Part shown: in pieces, positions 54,922 to 64,000 of the stretch | Layout of the letters: every line of letters begins with the position of its first letter | Position numbering within the stretch: the stretch's first letter is position 1 | NCBI GenBank assembly: GCA_951406725.2 | Contig: OX597825.1 | Span: 930,001 to 994,000, forward strand | Direction: 5' to 3' | Source of the DNA: Octopus vulgaris | Taxonomy: Eukaryota | DNA length: 64,000 bases | Notes under the pieces: model-generated | Databases searched by the model: none | What the model saw: the letters and a program-made list of their open reading frames with translations, nothing else | What the model was told of the DNA's origin: nothing | Program-made: the position numbers and the translations under genes

Positions 54922-55075
54922 AAATAATAATAATAACAATAATAATAATTATAATAATGATGATGATGATGATGATGATGTTGATGATGACGATAATAAT
55001 AATAATGGTAATAATAATAATAATAATAATGTTAATAACAACAACAACAGCAGTAACAATAATAATAGTAGTAGT
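54922..55075. repeat. Compound (AAT)/(GAT)/(AAC)/(AGT) trinucleotide tract
   Basis: Directly visible, just inside the intron downstream of the Ig exon. Confidence 0.9.
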
Positions 55076-55119
55076 TACAAATTCAAATGAAAATAAGTAG
55101 AATTGGAACATCTACTTAC

Positions 55120-55330
55120 CTATAACATTTAAATATACATTAAACTTTTGTTTTTCTTTACTTGATATATGGCATTCATAGAGACCTGCATGTTTTGGCT
55201 GAACATTTTTTATAACAAGGTTCCATTCATTTTTTTCAATTTGGCGTTGAATAGAATAACTTTTATCACTGATAAATGTAAATGTTCCTACGGTGATTGG
55301 ATGTCTACTTGATGTTTTCCGCCATACCAC
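55120..55330 (-). CDS. Internal coding exon: C-terminal half of a V-type Ig domain, Dpr/zig-8-like cell-surface recognition protein
   Basis: VVWRKTSSRHPITVGTFTFISDKSYSIQRQIEKNEWNLVIKNVQPKHAGLYECHISSKEKQKFNVYLNVI, with the C-strand W, WNL.I..V and AG.YEC motifs. Acceptor TTTTTTTCTTTCTTTTCCCTCTAG| (phase 0) and donor G|GTAAGT (phase 1, typical Ig boundary); 211 nt. Confidence 0.92.
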
Positions 55331-55440
55331 CTAGAGGGAAAAGAAAGAAAAAAATGCATTAAACAATCCTAGGGAAAAAAAAAAGAAGCAAATTTACAAA
55401 TTAAAAAAAATACACATTCACATATACACAGATATATATT

Positions 55441-55668
55441 TCTTTACTATCCACAAAGGGCTAAACACAGAGAGGACAAACAAGGACAGTCAAAGGGATT
55501 AAGTCAATTACATCGACCCAGTGCATAACTGGTACTTAATTTATCGACCCCGAAAGGATGAAAGGCAAAGTTGACTGTGGCGGAATTTGAACTCGGAACG
55601 TAATGACAGACGAAATACGGCTATGCATTTCGCCCGGCATGCTAACATTTCTGCTAGCTCGTCGCGTT
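55441..55668 (-). mobile_element. Young Meta/MESC-like SINE with a target-site duplication of up to 19 bp
   Basis: Reverse complement of the 48657 copy; ATATACACAGATATATATT at 55422-55440 and 55669-55687. Confidence 0.88.
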
Positions 55669-55899
55669 ATATACACAGATATATATTAAGAAACAAGCTT
55701 GTTAGTAGATTTGTTAGAAGGAAACTGAAAGAAGCCCGTTGTATGTGTATATGTATGTTTACATTGTGCTTCATCTACTTGCTTAGCACTTTCAAAGACA
55801 TGGGACATAAAAGTTCCGTTACACGAGAAAATAAGTGTTAGTGACTGAAAAGGCAGCCCACAGTAAAACAATGCCTTTCTCATGGATTGACCTCACATG

Positions 55900-56455
55900 C
55901 GGAGCTTAGAAAATGAATATGAAACAAACGAATGATTCTACATACATATATACATAAATATGTATATACGTCTTGAGCCTCATGGAGCAAGTGACAAGTG
56001 GCCGGGACCTTTAGCAATATGCTGTGCTCAAGAAGACTCATGAAGCTGAGAGAAATTGTAGTCATGGCCGATGCTGGTGTCATGTAACTGGTACTCGTGC
56101 CAGTGGCACACGAAAAGCACCCTTTGTATGTTGGGCCTCACACAGGCAATGATAAATGACCAAGACCTTTGGTGATATGTCATGTTTGAGAAGATCCGTC
56201 AAGTAGAATCCTAGTTGTAGCCAATGCTGGTGTCACGTAACTGGCACCTGTGCCAGTGGCATTTAAAAAGTACCCATTACAATCTTGGAGTGGTTGGCGT
56301 TACGAAGGGCACCCAACCATAAAAACCATGCCAGATCAGATTGGAATCTGGTGCAGCCCTCCAGCTTGCCAGTTTCAGTGAAGCCATTTAACCCATGCCA
56401 GCATGGAAAGCAGACACTGAATGATGATGATAATGATGATGATGATGATGATGAT
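55900..56455 (+). mobile_element. RTE-tailed SINE/retroelement with a duplicated internal segment
   Basis: Two copies of ATGCTGGTGTCA(T/C)GTAACTGG..C.GTGCCAGTGGCA, then GGAGTGGTTGGCGTTA...CCATGCCAGCATGGAAAGCAGAC and (GAT)n. Confidence 0.8.
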
Positions 56456-56457
56456 AT

Positions 56458-56945
56458 AGTTGTTCTTGTTGTTGACCCCCAGATCAGTCCTGATCATATA
56501 AATCTATGATCAAATGCATTACAGCCACAATGACCCATTTCTTTTTATCCAAGGCACTCTTTTTTTAAGACACTAAGTTGTCATTTAAGAGAATTTAGTA
56601 GCTATTATCAGCAAGCTGAGCGACCACATAGAGGCTTACTGTATTGAATGAAAATATGAAGAAACAAGATGCAGAGGAGAGTAACAAATGCTTAATATTG
56701 GAATTTTTGTCAATAAACAAATTTGAATTGAAAATGAACTACTGGGAGCTTGACATGCTGGAGATAGCAGTTAAGTCACCCTTAAAATCACATTCTGCCA
56801 ACTTAAAAAGAGGAATGGACCATTTTGAATATTGTAGTCCCAAGCATACTCCTAAAAAGATGGGGAGAGGGTCAAGGATGGAGTGCCTTTGATTATAGAC
56901 TTGCTTGATCAGGGTTGACTAAAGGCGAAACAACAACAACAACAA
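56458..56945. mobile_element. Head-to-head inverted pair of (CAA)-tailed SINEs (56458-56638 minus; ~56740-56945 plus)
   Basis: CAGTCCTGATCA...CTATGATCAAA in the first copy versus TTTGATTATAG...TGATCAGGGTTG in the second. Confidence 0.65.
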
Positions 56946-57179
56946 CCACAGTGGCAGGAATAGCAGCCGCAATAAATGGCAACGGATGCAAATGAATGAA
57001 ATATGAAGAAATCATAGGAAAACAGCCAAAAGCATGAAACAGGGAAAGAGCAAGAAACGTCTGTAGTAACATTTTGGAATTGAAAAGATAAATACATCTG
57101 TTCCATTGTTCCAGTTTGAAAATCGTGTCTGGAGGAAGAAATGGCAGAGAAGATTCTCAACTATGAAATTCTTCTGTCA

Positions 57180-57950
57180 ATTATAAAACAATGAAAAATG
57201 AAGTGTTTTCTTTTTTTTCTTTGAGCTGCAGAGATGGGGGTGAAGCTCTAGGAAGGAAGAGATGAGCATAGGGATTGCACTTTGAGCATAATAAGGATGA
57301 TGAGAAGAGGAGGAGGGGTTAGTGGTACAGGAATACTTGAGGGGAGGACACACAGACACAGCCAGATCCAAGAAACAGGGGCCATTATAGTAACAGTAGA
57401 AAAGGCAAAGAGAGGTGAGAGTCAAAGATGGAGTGAGTCCTTGAGTAACATTATGTCAATTAGTAGGATAACCCTTTCTGGATATAGACTATGATGTCTT
57501 TGTGTAGAGTAGCAGCACCAGCCCAGAAGTGAGAGCAATTCTCCAGCAAGGGCCATATCTGAACTTTACAGAGAATCAAATAATTTTTGGGAGAGTTGAA
57601 GTGTCTTCTGGCCCCGAGGAGAAGAGTCAGTTGGTTTGTTATGCTATATGACCTCATAATGGTCTGCTTCATGCGTGTTTGGTTATGTTTGGACAAACCT
57701 AGGAAAAAAGGGTTCTAGGTAAACCACAAACAGGGTGATTGAGAATCACCAAGAAGAAATGGACAGAAAGTGAGATGGTGGAAAACCTGGAATTAGTTGA
57801 TGACAAAGAATGAGAAAGAAAGAAGGTTTCTGTCTCTTATTGGGTCCCAAGGAACTCCCTAGACTATGCTTTTTGATTGGTTGAATGCAGTACGAAGAAA
57901 AAGAAGAAAGCCCACCGCTCCACCAAAAAACCAGGAATTTCATAAGATTC
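57180..57950 (-). mobile_element. Decayed CR1/Jockey-group LINE, RT C-terminal region
   Basis: LILCKVQIWPLLENCSHFWAGAA...IQK, compare L.LYKAQIRP.LEYCSH.W.GA...D.IQ.RA. Confidence 0.7.
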
Positions 57951-59234
57951 TTTCAGATTGTAATTATTTTTCATTTATAAGAAATGTCTTGCTTCATAAA
58001 ATTTTTAATTAATATATTTAATTAATATATGTTATGCTGATGATTTCAAAAAACAGAAACAGTACATGATTACCATTGACTAAAAATTTTAAGAAGTTTC
58101 TAATAAGTATGCTTCCTTATTTTATACTCAACATGGTGCAATTTATTCATACAGTTCTTGTTTGGCTGTGATGATGCTGTTTTTAATTTTTTCCTCTACA
58201 CTGAACTATTTAATCCCTATGTACTTCTATTTTTTTTACAATGATAAAATGTGATCTAAGAGGGATTTGGTTGCTATTTTTAGCTCTTTGTGTTTCATCA
58301 TAATGGTGTCAGCAAACAAAGATTTACACATATTCAGCTTAGATTAAATGTAAAGAAGGCAAAAAGCAAGGATTTTATCTTGAGACGGAAATTAAAAACC
58401 TAAAAAGAATAGTTTTGTGGGAATTGAGAAAAAGAATGAAATTTCAACTGCAGAAAATCTTCAGATGATCATTCATCTCCAATAATACTGAAAAGCAATG
58501 AAGTGATAAAAACAGAAGCAATCCAAAAGAAGTAGCAGCCAAATTTCCTTTAGATTGCACTATGTTCTTATATATAAAAAAGAAGGCCCAGAAAAGAAAA
58601 GACAAAACAAAAAAATAAAAGCAAGCAAAAAATAAAAAGTAAAGAAGGATAGGATGGTTATGCAGGGAATATCTGTGGACATAAACTGTGTCAATGAGGT
58701 CTGACTTAGGGCTGAGCAGCAACAGCAGGAATAACAATGATTTTGCCTTACTTATTATAAGAAGTCTGGTATGGAAAACGTCTATGAAGAAAACTTATTC
58801 GAGAGTATTTGGATTTGTGGTTTGATTTATTGAGCTTAGAAAGATGACAATTTGTCCATTGTTCAATCAAAACAAGACAAATGTGACATGTCATTCTGAT
58901 GAGAGTAGGATAAAACATAAAAAGCCATAGGAATTATATTTACCAAAACAGCAAACTTTCAGAAATGTTACATTGTTGAATAAGAATTGAAATGCTGAGA
59001 CAATTTTATATAAAGAACAAGCAGAGATAGTTGTTCAGAACCTTGTATAGATTTGGTTAATACTGAAACCTTTATCTAGCTTGAGTGGTTGCATTTAACT
59101 ACTCAATGTGTGTCCATTTTTGTTTGTTTCTTTGTTTGTTTTTACAATGATAGTAATTTAAAGAAATTTGCCTGATATTTCTTGCAGGTCATCGAACCAT
59201 GCAGAAACTTCCTCATTGAATAATGGAATATTTT

Positions 59235-59985
59235 TCTCACTGTCTAGAATAGAGTCCCCCTCATTGTCTAGAGTAGAGTCTCCCTCGTCTAGTGTAGAGT
59301 CTCCCTTGTCTAGTGTAGTCTCCCTTGTTGTCTAGTGCAAAGTTGTCCTCATTATCTAGTGTAGAGTCTCCTTCATTGTCTTATTGTCTTGCATATATTC
59401 TCCTTTGTTCATAACTGAGTCTCTCATTGCTTAGTGCAAAGGTACCCTCACTGAAAAGTGTAGAGTCTCACTCATTGTTTAAAGGAAAGTCTTCCTTATT
59501 GTTTAATGCAAAATCTCTCTCATTGTCTAGCGTAAATGTTTTCCTTACTGTCTAGTTTAGAATCACTCTCATTGTTTAAAGTAAAGGTTCTCTCATTGTT
59601 AAGGATAAAGTTCCCCTCATTGTTAGATGTAGAGTCCCCCACATTATCAGGAGTAGAGGCTTCAGCATTGCCCCATGTGGAGGCTCTCTAGTTTTCTCAT
59701 GTAGACTCTTCTTCAATGTCAAGTGTTAAGTTTTCCTCATTGTCAAATGCACTTTCTTCCTTACTGTCAAGTACAGAGACTCCTCGATTGTCAAGTGCAG
59801 ACACTTGGTCATTGTCTAGTACAGAGTCTCCATCATTGTTTACTGTAGAGCTTCCATTATTGTCCAATGTAGAAGTGGTTCTCTCATTGGCTCTAGTGGC
59901 AGCCCTTTCCTGGCTTTTGCAGATGTTTCCGCAATGCCTCGTGTAGTGGTTCTCTCATTGGCTCTGGCAGAGGCCACTTCTTGGT
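59235..59985. repeat. Degenerate ~24-bp minisatellite (consensus about CATTGTCTAGTGTAGAGTCTCCCT), roughly 30 units
   Basis: CATTGT / GTAGAG / TCCCT recur with ~24-bp periodicity. Confidence 0.85.
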
Positions 59986-60944
59986 TAGTTTAGAAGCTTT
60001 TAAATTTGCTTGTGTAGAGTCACCTTTGTTGACTTCCTAAACAACTCTTAGATGATCAAGGTGTAAAAATTTCCATTTCAGTTGGTAAATATAAAAGAAA
60101 AATAAATCAATTGCTAAAATGTTTGCTAGACCATATGTAGTTTTAAAAAATAATTGGCAAAAAGCCATTCCCATTGAATACAAGAATAACAAAAGTCTAG
60201 ATGTATACATTTGAAGTTCTCGGAAATAAGCTTTCAGACTTAAAACAGAAAAAGAAGTTTGAAAATGAGAATAAACTTCCGATGACTTTTGTCAATGATA
60301 AAGTGGTTGCCTTGCTGTTATACGATGCATGTAACGAATGTACTGCAATCTTCTTGGTTTTGTAGTTGTTGTTGCGGCTGTTTAACCACAGGTCACCCTT
60401 AATAGAGTAGGACCTATAATGAAAGATGTCCCATTATTTTTTTAAAGGCTTAGTTTATTTAGAACTACAATAGCTAATAACTCTTTCTCTTTTCTAAGGA
60501 AGTAGGATATGACAGGAGGGTATTGGTTGCTATTTCTTGTGTAGAAAAGCTTGCTCCTTGTCTTGTATGTCTAGTATATAATTTATAGCTGCCATGGCTC
60601 AGCCAGTTCAAAAGGATCTGATGAGCTAGAGGACTGAGTCAAGTTCCAGTGTCCGGTCTGGGGTTATTGTATATGACAGGCTTCTTTAAGATTCTGTCTT
60701 CCAAATCCACTCACATGGCTTTGGTCGCCCCAAGGCTATAAAAGAAGACACTTGCCCCAGGTGGCACACAGTGGGACTGAACCTGGAACCACGTGTTTGA
60801 TGATAATGATGATGATGATGATGATATATATATATATTTATATAATATATATATCTATACACACATACATACCTATATATACATATGTATGATATGCAGC
60901 GTACATATATATATAACATATAGAAATGCATACAGTATATGCAT

Positions 60945-61968
60945 ATACATATTGTATGAATTTATGGACAGCTACATGCCATTGTAGTTTGATGTGGGCC
61001 TTGAATTCAAGGAACAGGTGTAGACTGGAGAGGAATGAACTAATGTGCTCCAACGGATGTGCAATATCAGTGTGCTGAGGAAAAAGTTAGGTAGAAGAGG
61101 AATCAGACGCAGCATGCAAGAGAGAAGACTACAGGGCTTTGGTCATGTGATGCATATAAATGGGGATCCCTTAAAGTGGACGAAATATGAGAAAAGGAAG
61201 ACATGGGATGAAATAGTGAGGGTTAATGTCAAGATGTTGAGCATCACTGAGTGGACGACAATGGGCCGAAATATCTGGCAATATGACATTTTTGAAGCTG
61301 TGCTCTCCATCCACACCAAATGAACCAGACTTCATTTCATCATGCACTATTCTCCCCCCCCATCCCCTCTCTTGCATCATAGCATCACTTTCTCATCTCT
61401 CTCTCTTGTCCTCCTCCTGCCAACTGCATGATTGCTATCCTGCCGCCCTCCTGTGTATCTGTGTTCACCATTCACTGCATTCCTCTTCCAGTTCCCTCGC
61501 CCACCACTCCTCTTTTGCTCTCTCAAGAACCCCCTACTCACCTTACCCAGTCTAATCCTTGGCACCACTCCCCTTACATTCACCACTTTGTACCCTGAAA
61601 GTACATTCTGGCTCATCTTCACCGCCATCTTCTCTCCCTTTCTTTCTGACTGCAGTGTCCATGTTCTTTCTCTCCAACAAGACACCAGTTTCGGTCTCTG
61701 TATTACAATTTAACCCCTCATCACCTGGCATGAAACCACCACCATCAATACCACTCACTCTCTAGCTGAGCGGTCTTTGTCTGGCAAGGTACTTGAGGAC
61801 CTTACCAGGTCTTTACTCTGTAAAGTGGTTCATGTTAGGAAAGGCATCTGGCCATACAAAGCTGGCAGTAGTGTTTGGTGCAATCCTCTGATATGCCAAC
61901 TCCTGTAAAACTATGCAGTCTATTCCAGCATTGAAAATAGATGTCAAATCACGATAATGATGATGATG
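60945..61968 (+). mobile_element. RTE LINE 3' region: ORF end, pyrimidine-rich segment and (GAT)n tail
   Basis: LQRMCNISV...LRKKLGRRGIRRSMQERRLQGFGHVMH...KRKTWDEIVR, the RTE C-terminus; then TAGGAAAGGCATC...CCAGCATTGAAAATAGATGT..(GAT)n. Confidence 0.75.
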
Positions 61969-62030
61969 GACATACATATATTCTTATAAATATGTGCTTA
62001 TATATCATCATCATCACCAACAACATTTAA

Positions 62031-62251
62031 CCCTTTTAATACCAATCTGCTTGAAACTGGCTCTGGCTCTGAGTACAAATGTCTTGTTTTCAAAAGTTCT
62101 GAATTAAAATCTTCCACCAAACCTTAGTCACAATTTATGTTCCTAACACTAGCTTAATGATAATGAAGCTATTTTACTAGATTCTTTGTTATATCTAAAA
62201 TTAATTGAAAGAAACACTGAGCATCTCAACAGAAATATGGTAATGAAAAGG
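62031..62251. mobile_element. piggyBac-type MITE with TTAA target-site duplication
   Basis: TTAA|CCCTTTTAATACCA ... TGGTAATGAAAAGG|TTAA. Confidence 0.8.
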
Positions 62252-62302
62252 TTAAGGTCCATTTCCAATGCTGGCGTATATATTTACATATATGAGTATT
62301 TA

Positions 62303-62337
<35 letters not shown>

Positions 62338-62909
62338 ATACATACACACACACATATATAATTTTTGAAGGCAATTTGGATGCTATTTCTAAAGGGTATT
62401 GAGATCACATAGAATTTCCCCCCATTGACTCTGCCGAAATAGTTGACTGAATCGGTCATCTGCAAGCTGATTGCTGTGTTATTCCAACACTGTAACTGAA
62501 ATAGGGTATCAACTAAAAAAACATACGTTATTCAGAAGGGGTTGTTTATGGTAAACTGATGGTTAACAGTTTGGTTTTAACTCCCAACCAATCGCTATTG
62601 TCAAGTCTTCGTTGACCGTTCACCTTTGATGTTATTATGTCTACTTTAAATCAATCATATTTCAGGAAAATAAAGATCAGGCATTTCTTTTCAAAGCATC
62701 CAACAATGTAAAGTTCTGTTGATTTACCATAAAAATAAACACATAAAAAATAAACTATTGACAGACACTCTATAGCAATACATCGAGGTTTTGATTGATC
62801 TTTCTATGGGCTTAAGTTGGAAAAGAATACTTTAATGTATTATTTTGATGTAAATTATTGATAGTGCCTTTACATACACAACTTGTACTAAACACTTGCA
62901 TAAAGAAAT

Positions 62910-63046
62910 GGGATATATATATAAATATATGATCGATAGATAGCCACATATTCCTATACACACATATATGTATGTAGATATATATATACACACATACATT
63001 TATGTATAAATGTATATCTGTCTATCTATCTATATATATATATAGG

Positions 63047-63123
<77 letters not shown>

Positions 63124-63143
63124 ATACTCATCTATATATATGC

Positions 63144-63177
<34 letters not shown>

Positions 63178-63196
63178 TATATCTCCATATATGTAT

Positions 63197-63236
<40 letters not shown>

Positions 63237-63285
63237 TGCCCATATATACATACACACATATACAAACACATAGATATATATAAAT
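62910..63285. repeat. Complex (TA)/(CA)/(TATC) microsatellite field
   Basis: Directly visible. Confidence 0.9.
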
Positions 63286-64000
63286 GTATAAAAGATTTCT
63301 ATGAATGAATTTTTATGTAGCTTGAAATATTTACATCATCAAATATGATGTAGTAATAGCATTGAAATGATCTAAGTTGTTGTGTCAGACCATTTAAGTG
63401 GGCTACTTTTGATAACTTCTAAAGTTATGTCTACATATAAATACTTTTACATGTATCTTCATACTTCCTTTCTGATGTGTATGTGTGTGTGTGTTTCTGT
63501 TGTATAATTTGTAAACACACAAAAACACTCTGTACAACATTCGCCAACCCATCAGACTTATTTTTTTTTGTGTTTGGAAATTCTATCTTGTATTTTTTAT
63601 TTACACTTATCAAGTATTTCCCTATAAGTTTATTTTCTCATTTTGTAATTTGACAACCATTTTAAAAAATAATTTGTACATTTGATTTTATTAACAGCTT
63701 GCTTCCTTAACTATAACAGTTACATAAACAGGCTTTGCACAATGGCTTTTCTAAAGAGGAGACTAATTCCAGTTGAACATTCTTTAAAGACCCAAGGCAC
63801 AGAAATATATTACTGAAGCCAATGCAAGTTTAAAAATTGAGCTTTTCTCATTTTTTAATTGCTTTTGCACCTTTCGGATGCACTGGAATTTCAAGATGAA
63901 GATAATAATGTTCATAAGGCAACCTGTTTCTGGGAAATATATTTTCATAATGGTTATTATTTTAAGATGTTTGGAAAAATTATAACAACAAGATAGTCCC

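Noticed and set aside
59700-59946. Repeat-protein ORF with 8-aa periodicity
   Set aside because: Stops and frameshifts occur in adjacent units on both strands; better explained as a non-coding minisatellite.

Overview
Very AT-rich, microsatellite-dense animal genomic DNA. The SINE families, RTE-type (CAT)n tails and repeat density suggest a coleoid cephalopod such as Octopus; this is an inference, not checked against a database. The window is almost all intronic or intergenic. The only well-supported host coding sequence is one spliced exon on the minus strand (55120-55330) encoding the C-terminal half of a Dpr/zig-8-like immunoglobulin domain. The rest is decayed mobile DNA: a full-length but dead Tc1 element with 221-bp IR/DR terminal repeats, three mariner remnants, a DD37D (maT) element, a Tigger/Jerky-like transposase relic, pogo-type and TTAA (piggyBac-type) MITEs, RTE, CR1/Jockey and R4-like LINE fragments, and many SINEs. 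Most listed ORFs are simple-repeat or repeat artefacts. The signals most worth checking are a candidate recursive splice site on the plus strand (TACTAAC...TTTTCAG|GTAAGA, ~30.4 kb), two Penelope-style hammerhead-ribozyme motifs (one inside a 68-bp inverted repeat), a ~176-bp-stem foldback at 37.1-37.4 kb, a homogeneous 13 x 63-bp array inside a SINE, a 24-bp minisatellite that appears to derive from a SINE end, and ~143-bp direct repeats around an RTE fragment. No novel multi-gene system can be demonstrated from the sequence alone. Boundaries of the older repeats are approximate.
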